Of a stretch of 64,000 nt of DNA, positions 11,999 to 25,014 are shown one piece after another. The notes under the pieces were generated by a model. The model saw only the letters and a list, made by a program, of their open reading frames with translations, was not told the origin of the DNA and ran no database searches. Position 1 is the stretch's first letter, and every line of letters begins with the position of its first letter. Position numbers and translations under genes: made by a program. The stretch is taken from contig NC_045138.2 in assembly GCF_008831285.2 (NCBI RefSeq), forward strand, positions 558,001-622,000, read 5' to 3'. This DNA is from Nymphaea colorata (Eukaryota).

Positions 11999-12294
11999 AT
12001 CACTGCCATGAAAGCGGCTTAGCCCTAGCGAATGCATTTGAAGTATTGAACTTTTGACCTCCTTCAACTTGATAATCTTTAAGGGCTTAAGGAAACTATA
12101 CTAAGGGAGATGGCTGATGGGATAACCTCAGAGTAGATGTTAAACTTTACCAAATCCAACTTAATTGGTATGTAAGTAATGTGAATATCTGTAAAGCATT
12201 ACAAAGTCCAATTTAGCAGGAATATGATTATCCTAAAATGTTGTAGGATGCCATTAGTTAAAATTGAATCGTATCTAACTTAAAATCCAAAAAC

Positions 12295-12970
12295 ATTTAT
12301 GTGTATCCAATTTGGATTCAGTTGCAAAGTATGACAGTTTGACCCAAATATGGGTTCGATTCAGATGCCCAAATGAACTTTATATTGAGTTGCAATTTAG
12401 TTGGATATTGAGAAGTTAGATCTAGAACCGGACCCATATGCATGCATGGAGAAAACATGCAAGTAAAGGGACCAATTGCACATTTAGATGGGTCCGTCGG
12501 TTCGGCAAGATAAACCGAACACGGGATGTTTTCTCCTTGGCATTTTCTGCGTTCATGGGACTAATTTCCCCCAACAATGTCGGTAAAAAAACGTTCAAAC
12601 CCCGAGGGGTCCAACTATTTTTTGTCGATGTACTAGATTTTGATGACTGTTTTTGTGATGGAAAACTTTTTGGCTGTATCATTTGTCCCGTGATACATTG
12701 CATCCAGAGAAGAAAAAAAACCACCGCTGAATGCAAGGGATGGAGAGAAAAGAAGACAGAGACATTCCTGTTAGGATTCTGGGGTCCAAATATAAGACAC
12801 GCATAATTACCATCACACCAATAGCAGGGTTGATGTGGGCCGCTGAATTATATTGTAATCAGTTCCAAAAAAATTTCATGATGAGAGCTGAATTATAATG
12901 TTAAAATTTTAACCAGAGTTGAAATATAATTTTTTAAAATTTTATACATGACAGATGAAATTTTTTAAAT
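12295..12970 (+). repeat. Direct duplicate of ~26425-27140, the region downstream of the intact gene
   Basis: Shared GAGAAGTTAGATCTAGAACCGG...CATGCATGGAGAAAACATGCAAGTAAAGGGACC...CTGTTAGGATTCTGGGGTCCAA. Confidence 0.9.
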
Positions 12971-13286
12971 CTTAAATCCAATGTGTTCTTTTTCTCCATG
13001 TTCGGCTTTCTCGTTTTCAATCCAATCTATTGACATCCCTAAGTTAATTAGCATACATTAAAATCAGATGCCTATGAAAATATGGATGATAAGAACGCCT
13101 AACCTCATGAATCTGAAACTGATTAGTTTGCTTAATCAAATCCGAGTAATCTTATAAGTAGGCTTCCAGGAATCCATGCATTTGGTATCCACCGATACTT
13201 AATTAGCTTTATATTGATGAATGTGTGCAAGTTGAAGCACTAGAAAATCTCAACACCTCGTACTATACAACTTTAGAACTTAGTAG

Positions 13287-13816
13287 TAGGGGTGAACAAC
13301 GAGTCGATCTACTCGAGCTCAATTTGTTAAAGCTCGAATAGTGAACTAGTTCAAGCCGAGTCGTTTGCTTAACGAGTCGAGCTCAAGTTCATGAGTCGAC
13401 TCGTTCAAATAATCGAGTTAAGTTCGAGCTCAACAAGTAATTGCCAAGTCGAGCTCGAGCCTTAATAGAGTTTTTCGAGCCTTAATCAAGTCGATATATC
13501 CAAACGAGTTTGTAATTTTTGTCAAGCCTTAATTGAGTCGTGCTCGAGCTCAACACATAACAATGAATATCAATTATATTCAAACAAGTTTGTCGTGCCT
13601 TTATTGAGTCGACTCGAGAGCTCTACACATAACGATGAATATCAATTCTATTCGAACAAGTTTGTTGAATATTAATTAAGTCGAGCTCGAGCTCAACACG
13701 TAACTGCCGAGTCAAGCTTGAGCCCAACTATTCTCGAGCTCGAGCCGATTTTGTTAGTCGAGAGCCGAGCTCGAGGTGACTGAACTCGGGTTCGACTGGG
13801 CTGGTGTTCACTCCTA
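13287..13816. mobile_element. Same hAT MITE insertion in the copy 2 promoter
   Basis: TIRs TAGGGGTGAACA / TGTTCACTCCTA; TSD CTTAGTAG / CTTAGGAG (7/8). Confidence 0.85.
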
Positions 13817-14038
13817 CTTAGGAGCAAGAAACTTAAAGAAATGGGTTTTGACCGGCAAGTTAAGTGGTGTCGCTATATATCTCTTTCCGCCTTTATGTTA
13901 GGTCTTTTTGTTTGTATTCGTGTGGTTTTGGACGGTAAGATTTGACATTTGGTACCAACTGGAGTTCTATAAAAGGGCAATGGGTTTCATTGAGGACTCA
14001 ACAACACACAAACAGTTTGAAAAGAAAGAAAATCGGGC

Positions 14039-14250
14039 ATGGCAAAGGCGTGCATGAGAAATTGTTCGCTTGCTCTTTGCTTGTTGGTGATCATCTTCTC
14101 TGTGGAATGGGAGATGGTGGCGGAGGCGAAGCACTACAAGATTGCCCGCTGCAAGGGAGGAAAGAAGCAGCGCTCCCGCTGCCCTGCCTCTTGCTGCAGC
14201 TTGCCCTCACCACTGTCAGTTTGACTGTGCATCCTGCAAGCCTATTTGCC
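14039..14250 (+). pseudogene. Frameshifted exon 1 of the root-cap gene (copy 2)
   Basis: 212 nt (223 minus 11). The 11-bp deletion in the YYKCPAAC region shifts frame to TGA at 14222-14224. GTATGT donor at 14251. No exon 2 after the (AT)n at ~14897. Confidence 0.9.
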
Positions 14251-14890
14251 GTATGTCTTCTATCGTCTTTGAACTTTCTTTTCATTTTCATGTCTGTCTT
14301 TAAAAAAAAAAAATTAATGTGAACTAAGGATATTTTCATCATTGACGATACCGGTGCATGAATTTGCAGGTTCGCTGATAATAATGTTCCTTTTGCTCTC
14401 CCTCTCCCTCTCTCTAGAATGTGAAGTATACTTGTCTGCAGCAATTTGAATCATCTGATTTATATCTCAGATAGTACTAACAGAAAATGTAAAGTTGTGA
14501 ATCACATGATCATGTTGATGGAAAGTGAAGATTAGTGCACCAGTTTTCATACTTATTAGTATCCAAATTCTAGGAAAAACACACGCAAATCTATAGTCAC
14601 AAATATAGTTTTTGCATTTTAATGATAATGTTTTTTCGGGTACAATATCATGAGTTTGAAGAAAAAATAACAAAATAAAAAAAAGATGGAAAATTTTTAA
14701 AAAAATTTAAAAAACTTAAAAATTAAGAAAACAACAAAAATGAGAAAACAAGCAGTTTGACATTAAAAGAAAATAATAAACGCCTATTGACAGTTTTTTT
14801 TTTTTAAACAGCTTTTTTAACCCTTTTTCGCCTTACTTATTTTTTTCATTTTTACCGTATTTTTTTGAAAAAAAAAATGCATTTTCTGTG

Positions 14891-14949
<59 letters not shown>

Positions 14950-15750
14950 ATGTTTTTGACATATAAATATATTTTTCAAGTCACTTGATTTTATTATACG
15001 TGCCCGTTGGTTTTGAAGTGACATAAAATTCTTTGCTCACCTTTGCTGGTTGATTCTTATCAAATTCAGATACATATATAGATCACATTTTTATGCTTCC
15101 ATTCGATGAAAATTGTCAAAATATTGAGATTTTATCAGTATTAATTGGAAAATATTCTTACTTGATGTCTATCTAGACCTCTATAAGCTGCAAATTAAAA
15201 ACACGCTAATGAGGTCTTCGTGGAACAAATCAAGCATCGGCTCGCATTTTGGCTACCTAATTACTCAACCTTCTTGACACCATAAACAAGAAAGTTGACA
15301 AATTTAATTCATGCATTAATCTTTCTCTAGATCACATGCTACATGGTACTTCAATATTAGCTCTCTCCCATTTTTGAAAAGAAAAAACAAAATTTGTTAC
15401 GGATTCTAATCTAACTCTCGAATAAATTATTTAAGTATCAGCAATCTGGATTGTTTAATTAGATGCATCCCCTTGCGCCCAAAAAAAAGAAAAAAATCAT
15501 ATTCACGGTGGTTTGGATGTATGAACCAATGACGTATGTGTCTTTGCATCAAAAAATCACCAACTCAAGGCATGTCTTAGAGGACAAGTATGCATGTAGA
15601 TATGAAGCGTGAGCTTTTTTATTACTATTTTCCTCTTTGTTCCTTCACCTTCATACTTTTATATTGGTACGTAGTTAAACTGTCTATCTAATTTGCGCAT
15701 GCAGTTGTGTCTCCCCCATTTTTCTTTTGCACGTGAACGGATAAAACTCG

Positions 15751-15793
<43 letters not shown>

Positions 15794-16700
15794 ACCATGA
15801 CCTTATCTTTTTTGCCTTAAATTTGGACGATTTTACAACAGACAGTCCAAATTTCTCCCTCCCTTCTTCTCTGAACTCTTGACTTCTTTTTCTCTCTTCC
15901 TCTCCAACCGACAATGAGCTCCGCTGCTCCCCCTACCGTATTGTCCGGATAGCCGCCACCCGGCAGTCCGAGCGGCATCTGCTCTAGGCATCATAGGTAG
16001 AAGAATGACCTGAACCCACGATGGGCAGAGGCAACCAGCTCTTGCCAGGAGCAGAGCTGCCGGGGCTCCGGTTGCAATAAGAGTGGGGAGAGAGGAAGGG
16101 ATGCCTGGGCCATCCGATCTAGGATCGGATGGCTCAGATTTGATGTCCTATATATTATATATATAAGACTTTCTTCTGTTATTGAAAAACCGTTAAAATA
16201 TTAATATATTCTTCAATTCTCTTTCTCATTGGGTATGAACAGACGGAAAGGACGATCGGTTGCACCTTGTGGAAAATCTTAAGGTTTTGGCTTTAAAAGT
16301 AAGTCAATACGTCAGTGGTAATTGAAAATTTGGTCGATTGGCTTTTAATTCTTGACGAGGACACAATCTTTTATTGTGTGTTTGTATGGAATAATTCTTG
16401 GCTTAGCCCATTTCGTGCTAGATCGGCTTCGTTGACCAAGCAAACCCAGTGAATGGGACGAAGTAATTAAGCTGACAAAGCTTGTTAAGCTTTACGGCTG
16501 CAAATGGGTAGCTTCCTATAACACGCTTCATTAGAACAAAATTTAAAAACTTGGTGCTAACAAATAATTACTATATTCGCATTAGCAATTGTATTTCCTG
16601 GCAGGCCTATGGTTTATCAAGGCCTTAGCAACTATTTTAGTCTATTCAGTAGTAAGTTTTCAAATTTTGGTTATCTGGCGACTGTTCCGCATTTGACAGA

Positions 16701-16792
<92 letters not shown>

Positions 16793-19700
16793 TACATTTG
16801 GCTTAAATTCGAGATAGTACCAGTTAAAGATGAACTTGTCGGTTCTTATCAACAAATAAAAATTTCTAAGAAAGAAAATGCAAAAGCAAAAGCAACTTTT
16901 CATAAGGAGAAATTACTTTGCAGATAGCTTTTTGCTTCTTGGCCAGCCTTACGAGTAGCTGAAGCTACCTAATCCCCCATATAGGATGTCCAAATTAATG
17001 AAGGTGCCAATTAATGAATGTGTGGTCGATTAGAACCAACCCGCAATTAAGGAAATTAGCATTAGTGGCAAATAATGTTACCCTTTTTATTTCAAGAACT
17101 TGACATGAATAGATGTTTCACAGGAATGCATGTTCACTCTCATCCAATAGAAGGAGTGCATTAATTTGAAAGCATACAACATTTGCTTTTGGGCATTAGT
17201 TGGAATTAAGAACCGAATGTTGTGGTTCAGTCTTCCACCCAAATCTTTTTATTCAAAGTGCAAGTGCTTGAGCTGTCAATGGCCATTTACAGACTTGAAG
17301 CTTCATGAAGTCACTTCTTTCAAGCAGGAGAGGGTTGGTACACATCTACCCAAGACCACAAAAGTGTGAGATCATATTGGAGTTAAAATTGGATCCTGTT
17401 GAAGTTTTTTATCTTTTTTAGTTTCAAGGATCTACGTATATACTTCTGTGTCATATTATTTGTTACGCTAGTCGATAACTTTTTTTTAACATAAATTGAA
17501 GCCAATGGAAAGGTCTATTTTGAGTAAGTGAGAGGATTACAACCCACAGCCCAAGACAATCTTTTTTCTACTAGAGGGCTTATTAGATCTACCATACTGA
17601 AGCCAGTTTTGAGTCAGGTTAAATGAGGATCATGTGACTGTGGAACTTTTATGTCTGTGTATATGCATGTATGCACATATTTATATGTATACTTACATGC
17701 ATACACTGCTTGATGTGTGGAAAGTGGGAGTGAGAGTTGTTTTCTATTCATGACATGTGCTTGATTAATTGGAGCTGTTATGTGTTATTGAAAACCAAAC
17801 TAATGCTTGCATTGGCTACTGTTCATTACCCATCATAACAAGGGTCAAGCATTGGTCCTTCATTCAAAAGATGTGGGGGAATATTTGGAGTCACCATGAT
17901 CCAAGGATTTGGAATGCAAATAATGAAAAAAGAAAAGGCAGAGATCTAGAAATCAAGGAAACCAAATTACGATCAAAGAAATGAAAATGACCAAAATCTA
18001 GGCATGGCTCAGCCAAGAAATATTTTCAAGAGAATGGTCAGGAAATTTCCACCTAGGGACCCAATTTTTAGACTTAAGATCAAAAAACGGGCTCCACTTT
18101 TTTATTTTCCTAATATGAGCCAAACTTTTGATGATAATGTAACAGATCTCATATGTTAACCGGAGTCAGGGGATAATGGTAAAGCTGGGTCATTATTTGA
18201 CCACATCAATAAATTTATTTAAGAAATCATAAAAGTAATTCCACCTACGATGGTGAAAGGGTCCAACCACCTAACGGCACATGGTATAGTTTTCCCACAT
18301 GTCATCACGTGGTGCGGTCGTTTTGTCGTCTTAGGTGAAAGACCATAATAAACAACATACTTTGTGAACGTGAATTTTTTTTTAGGCCGATTATGACCAA
18401 GAAGTCATGTCCCTAAATGGAATTTTCTGCAAAAATCCTTTTCTTTTGTAAAAAAAAATGAAGAATTGCCCGCTTTATATTATTTTAATCAAAGAACAAG
18501 GAACTTGTATAAGGCAACTAAGGAAAATCTATTCACAAGGGCGTACATAGGATTTAAGTAAATCTCTATTCACGTTTGATTATTTCTCCTTCACTTTTTT
18601 TTTTTTGTCTAACGTATCAAATTTCATTACGTCATTGGCATCATTTCCATCAGCTTTGGACTGAACCAATAATATGCTTAAGAATAAATTTAATGATGAA
18701 TTTATATTCTTGATCCCACTACAGCAAAGATGAGACGGAACAAGTTATATGGAGAGAAGCCATGGAGCTGCCTCCCATTTAAAAAACAAAAAAGGGACAC
18801 CTGCCCCCAGGGGCTTATTCTCAGCACCCGGGATCTGTTTGAAACCAGGGATATTTATGTGAGTGCCTCATGAATTTACCCTAAAGATTGGTCGATTCAT
18901 TGGGTTATCAAACATTATACTAAACCAGTTGATGCTGTTGTTGAAACCTGTTGATGTTGTTGTCCATTGGGTTGTCACAGTATCTGATGAGACCTACTGA
19001 ATATTGCTACTGTTAATGGAGAAGAGATTTGGGTATAATTTGGATGCCAATGATAGGAAATGAGTTTTGTGAAAACCTGGTTTTGCAACTCAGTTTCAAT
19101 TTGGTTCTAGAAATTCAATTTTTGGATGTTTGGTTGGCAGGCTAAAACTTTGGTTTCTAGGCGTTTGCTTGCTTAATACCGTTTGGATGATAATAACATG
19201 GTTTTGCCGTGTTTTAAATTTGAAAAATGAATCTAAAATTAATTTGTAGTGGATCTAAATAGCCAAAACCTAAACTCAATTTGCTCACTGAGTTATTTTT
19301 TGGAAATAATATATTACTTGGTTTTGTGATGTCTTAAATTGAAGAAAAAAAACTACTATTAATTTATATTGAATCCAGGATAACCAAATCTAAACTCAAT
19401 TTACATGGGTGCATAAAAGTATTGGATAACAATATCGAAATTAGGTCTAGACCCAAATCCATGGAGCTGAAATAGCCAACTTGTGATAATCACAGATTAA
19501 ACTGTATTTTGAAATTATTGGTGAAACAAAGGAATGCTTTTCTTTTTCCAAGATGGTTACATGAAAAAAACTCAAAAATGCACCAAACAAACGATTTCCT
19601 CCTTACTCTAACTTTTCACAAATAAGAAGATATTTCACTCAAAGCAACCAGTGACAAACACCTCTATATTCAGCGAAATCGAACTAGCGTGTCCTCATGA

Positions 19701-19995
19701 AATTTACCAAGGACTAATAATCATAAAAATAAGACAAATTATGTTATTCATCAAACACAATTTTCCATAAATTAAATTAAACCATGTTAACTAGTCATTA
19801 AATATAACTCTTTTCCCCTACCCCAGAGTCCATGGCTGCTTCAGGGCCTCGATCGGAAGCAACTCCTGTCAACTAAACATTGTGCACCTACTGCTTGCAA
19901 ACGCCCACGGAAAATAAACCGATGATCGGACTTTCACTACAGTCGAACTTGAAGTTAGAGCACCCACTGTTAGCGACCCGTTTGCAAACGTACCA

Positions 19996-20423
19996 TAGAG
20001 ATGTCAACGGATCGAATATGAATTGGATACAACCTTCGTTATACATGGTTTTTCAGATCTTCACATATTTGGATTTAAATATGAATGAAAAAGAGAAAAT
20101 TACACCATGTCCTGGTCCTATATTTTTAAATTTATAATGCAAATGTGAACAAATCCAACTTTTATTTTTACATTCGAATTCCAATCAAACTTCTAAAATA
20201 TACAAACGGATCTGAACCGCCAACTTTCAAAACATATAGATGTTGAAAATAAGATAATCAGTTCTATTTGAATTCTGAATCAAATCCAATATTATTTAAT
20301 ACTGAATCTGATGCCAATTGCTTGTCATTCATAAATCTTAATTCTGATATTCAATTTGGCTTACCAGTCAGAATGTTAATCGGATCCATTGACATCCCTA
20401 TTTTGGATCCATTGACATCCCTA
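19996..20423. mobile_element. TAGGGATGTCAA-family MITE (GGAT/ATCC-rich) with its right end duplicated
   Basis: Left end TAGAGATGTCAA, right end TTGACATCCCTA. The 23-mer GGATCCATTGACATCCCTATTTT is tandem at 20382-20427. No clear TSD. Confidence 0.55.
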
Positions 20424-22401
20424 TTTTTGCTCACTAAAAGATGTGATTGTGCAATTGGACCTGTTACCTTGATCACCTGTCCCACGAATAAGTGGTTGGA
20501 CAAATGGGCCATGAGGAAGCGCACATCATTGACAGCCGCGAAAATGGCGACTGGTTGGAAAGCTGGACAAGAAGGTCTTCTCCCCAATCACTGGGCTTCA
20601 TTTTTCTGCTTATCCATGTCTTACCCAATAGAAAATTGGCAAATTGCACTTCAAAATAGACTACTGGCCACAACCTGTTAACTATGGGCTTTCAGCTCAA
20701 GGAGGGGATGCACAAAAGACTGAGTGCAGCTTCACATCCACCAAACAGATGAAAGCTATCATAGAGTTAGTTAAAGATCTACCTTCGTATATAGTGCATC
20801 CTCATCAGAAATCAACTTATTGGGATTCAACTTAATCAACTATTTGATTCAGAAGTCTGCCCAACATTAGTCAACTCAGTTATATATATATATAGGCATC
20901 CCATAATCCAATTTTATGTATGTGTTCTATTTATATGTTTTATTTTTGTCTGCAAATGGATCTCATAGAGGCTGTTTGGCATGAGGAACATTGTGTGATT
21001 GTTTGGCGATTTTTTTCCAAATATTGGATATATTCGTAGACTACTTAAACAAATTTTACCATAAATTTGTTCTGAATATTTGTGACAGATTTATAGAACA
21101 CACCCACAGTGATCTTCGTGTCAAACTGGCCCTTAGGGATGCGAACAGCTTGGCTGCTTGGGTCTGGACCTGGATCAGGTTTGTACTGTATCTGATCCAT
21201 TTGATTGAGAGCAGAGATATAAAGCAAAATGGATTGTGATCCAAATCTTTGACGAGTCGGACGCATGACCAAGTTGAGGTCCATATCAACTAAGGGGCAT
21301 AAACAGCACAGAAAATGTTCTCAGAAAAAAAGATATTTTTACCGCATAAATAACTTCTTGAACTTTTGTCCATAGTAAAATAAAACAAAAATCCTTTTGA
21401 AGCACTGCCATATATAGGTTTTATGATTTGTTACCTCTAGAAAAAAAGAAAATAATTATGATTTACATGAAAATTATTTGTATTTCTAATACCAACAAAA
21501 AAACTCTGCCTCAAAAGCATTTGTTTTTTATGGCGATAACTTTGAAGAAGCACTTTAAAAAACGGCCATAAACTTTATTGTCAAGCAATCTTTTTCCTTT
21601 TTCTAAGCACTATAAAGATTGTTGGCATTCTCCCCAACTGCGACCTCAGCACAATGATGCAAAGAAAAAGGCATCTGACTTCCATAGTGGTTCGACTTAA
21701 TCAAGAATTTTAGTCCCAAACTTTATCCCTGTTCAAAAAATAAATAAAAAATAGTTACATTTACTCTTGGGGTCCAACCAATGACTGGGGATGCAAACGG
21801 ATCCGGCTCCGAAGTGCTAACACAGCAGGGATGTCCATGGGCCAGATGTGGATTGGATGTCCCCTTTCGGTCTAACCATATTTGATGCATCAAATGTTTG
21901 CATATTCAGATTTGAATTCAGATTTAAGATGCCATTGAAGAAATGTTTATTCCATATGGGGTAGTAGTAGATAGGGGATATTTTTTTATAAAACTAAACC
22001 TAAATTAGGTTCAAATCCAATTCCAAATTCTATCCGACATCATTTTCAGATCCAAATATGATGTGATTTCTTAAATCCAATGTTAATGTTCTTTATCAAT
22101 TTCAAGCAATCTATAATGAAATACTCGCTTCCAATCCAATCCATCGACATCCCTAAGTTAATTAGCATACATTAAAATCAGATGCCAATAAAATTTGGAT
22201 GGTAAAGAACTTATAACCTGAAGAATCTGAAGCTGATTGGTTTGCTTAATCGAATTTGAGTCACCTTATAAGTAGGCGTCGGGGAACCAATGCATGTCGT
22301 ATCCACCGATACTTAATTAGCTTTATATTGATGATTGCATGCAAGTTGAAGCACAAGAAAATATCACCACCTCGTACCAACACAGCTTTAGAACTTAGGA
22401 T

Positions 22402-22857
22402 TACGAGTGAACAACGAGTCAAGGTACTCGAATTCGACTTATTAAAGCACAGCTCGTGAACTAGTTCAAGCCGAGTCATTTGCTTAACAAGTCAAGATCG
22501 AGTTTATGAGTCGACATGTTCAAATAATCGAGTTGAGTTCGAGCTCAACACATAACTGCCTAGTCGAGCTCGAGCCTTAATCGAGTTTGTTAAGCCTTAA
22601 CCAAGTCAATATATTCAAACGAGTTTACAAGTTTGTCGAGCTTTAATCGAGTCGTGCTCGATCTCAACATGAAACGATGAATATAAATTATATTCAAACG
22701 ATATTGCCGAGCCTTAATCGAGTTGAGTTCGAGCTCAACAAGTAACGATGAATATCAATTCTATTCAAACGAGTTTGTAGAGTCGAAATCGAGTTCAACA
22801 CATAACTACCGAGTTGAGCTAGAGCTGTTTCTGTCGAGCTTTTCTCGAGCTCGATGT
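22402..22857. mobile_element. Same hAT MITE in the intact gene's promoter, 3' end deleted
   Basis: Preceded by CTTAGGAT, with a degenerate left TIR TACGAGTGAACA and a homologous body. The right TIR is absent and the sequence resumes at GAGCAAGA. Confidence 0.75.
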
Positions 22858-23014
22858 GAGCAAGAGAAAAAAAGGAAACTTAAAAAAATAGGTTTTGACC
22901 AGCAAGTTAAGTGGTTTCGCTATATATCTCTTTCCACCTTTATGTTAGGTCTTTTTGTTTGTATTCGTGTGTTTTTGGACCGTAAGATTTGACATTTGGT
23001 ACCAACTGGAGTCC

Positions 23015-23021
23015 TATAAAA
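23015..23021 (+). promoter_or_regulatory. TATA box of the root-cap gene; conserved at 7240-7246 and 13968-13974
   Basis: CTATAAAAGGG about 70 bp upstream of the ATG in all three copies. Confidence 0.7.
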
Positions 23022-23087
23022 GGGCACTGGGTTTCATTGTTAGGACTCAACAACACATAAATAGTTTGGAAAGAAAGAAAATCGGCC

Positions 23088-23975
23088 ATGGCGAAGGCGT
23101 ACATGAGAAATTGTTCTCTTGCTCTTTGCTTGTTGGTGATCATCTTCTCTGTGGAACGGGAGATGGTGGCTGAGGCGAAGCACTACAAGATTGCCCGCTG
23201 CAAGGGAGGGAAGAAGCAGCACTCCCGCTGCCCTGCTTCTTACTACAAGTGCCCCGCTGCTTGCCCTCACCACTGTCAGTTTGACTGCGCATCCTGCAAG
23301 CCTATTTGCCGTAAGTGTTCGCCAACTTTAGCCATTTCGAAACTCCAAACCTTTTTGATAATAGAGAGAAAGTTATGTGCGCAGTATACAGTAAAGGATG
23401 AAATTATATTTTTGTAATTTGTTAAAAAAAATGTCTTTCATAGTCTTTTTACATTTTTGTTTTCGTTTTTGTTTTACAAAAAGTTTTTTTTTTCAATGTG
23501 AAAAAGGAGCATTTTAGTCGTTAAGGTTTGTTGATAATACTCTTTTTGCTCTCTCTTTCTCTCGCTCTCTCTCTAGAATATGAAGTATAGTTGTGTGCAG
23601 CAATTTTGATTATCTGATTTATATCTCAGATAGTACTAAAGGAGAGTGTAAAGTTGTGAATCATATGATCATGTTGATGGAAAGTTGAGATTTGTGCACC
23701 AATTTTCATATTTATTAGTGTCCAAATTCTAGGAAACACACACACAAATGTAAAGAGAAAATTTGAAAAAAGAAGGTACATTTTTAAAAAAAATTAAAAA
23801 ACTTAAAAATTGGGGAAACAACAAAAATGAGAAAACAAGCAGTTTGACATTTAAAAAAATGAAAACGCTTATTGACATTTTTTTTTAAATGGCTTTATTT
23901 ACCCTTTTTCGGCTTACTTATTTTTTTTTATTTTTACCGCATTTTTTTGAAAAAAAAATGCTTTTTCTATGGCCA

Positions 23976-24014
<39 letters not shown>

Positions 24015-24811
24015 TTGACATGTTTCATGTTTAATTAATAGGTTGTGACAAGCCAGGAGCGGTGTGCCAAGACCCAAGGTTCATTGGTGGGGATGGGATC
24101 ACCTTCTATTTCCATGGAAAAAAGGACTCAGATTTCTGCCTTTTATCAGACTCCAACCTCCACATCAATGCCCATTTCATAGGCAAAAGAGGGCAGGGAA
24201 TGAAGAGGGACTTCACCTGGGTCCAGTCCATAGTCCTACTCTATGGGTCACACCAACTCTACATTGGTGCAACCAAGGCCAGCTCCTGGGTGGACTCAGT
24301 TGACCACCTGAGGGTCCTCTTTGACGATGCACCGGTCGAGCTACCAACCCACGAGGGTGCGAAATGGACCGGCCCCGAGCTCACTAGCATCACTCGCACC
24401 CACGGCACCAATGCCCTAGCCATCGAGGTCCCCGAGCACTTCTCCGTGGCCGCACATGTTGTGCCCGTAACCAAGTCCGACTCGCACATTCACAAGTATG
24501 GAATTGGGGATGATGACTGCTTTGCGCACCTTGACCTCAGCTTCAAGTTCTACTCACTTAGTCCAGACGTCGATGGTGTGCTCGGTCAGACGTATCGCGA
24601 CGGGTATAGGAGCCCGGTGAAGATCGGTGCATCGATGCCGATAATGGGCGGAGACCGAAAGTACTCTACATCAGACATCTTCGCAGCCGACTGTGCAGTG
24701 GCGCGGTTTGGGGGCAACAGTACTGGTGAGGTCATGAGGATGAACAACTTGGGCAGTGCCATGAGCTGCACCACTGGGCTCAGTGGGCGTAGTCTTGTCT
24801 GCAAAAGATGA
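23088..24811 (+). CDS. Root cap / LEA-related secreted protein (Root_cap domain family), intact 2-exon gene, 330 aa
   Basis: Exon 1 23088-23310 (223 nt: signal-peptide-like N-terminus and Cys-rich CPAACPHHCQFDCASCKPIC) ends at GTAAG. Exon 2 24042-24811 follows a TAG acceptor. The phase-1 join reads ...CKPICRCDKPGAVCQDPRFIGGDGITFYFHGKKD...DFTWVQS...AHLDLSFKFYSLS...GVLGQTY, motifs I recognise from the root-cap family. Total 993 nt, open. Confidence 0.93.
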
Positions 24812-24981
24812 AGAAGGCAACCAAGTGATGTCCAAGTAATGGAAGATGTCTGGTGTGGTTTTTCTTATGGTTCTTTATTAAAGAATAAAGGGTGTTCTAG
24901 AAAGATGTTAGCTAATATCTGCTATTCAATTATGTATCACATGAAAGTAAGTTGCAGCCTCCTTTAAATTAGTTCTCTCTC

Positions 24982-25014
<33 letters not shown>

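Larger units (their letters stand above)
12970..14945 (+). repeat. Segmental duplicate (copy 2) of ~22070-24010
   Basis: Colinear homology from CTTAAATCCAATG through the MITE, promoter, exon 1 and intron to the (AT)n. Confidence 0.9.

Noticed and set aside
12422..12806. 122-aa ORF repeated at 26530-26950
   Set aside because: The second copy is frameshifted and no domain is recognisable, so the similarity reflects the segmental duplication.
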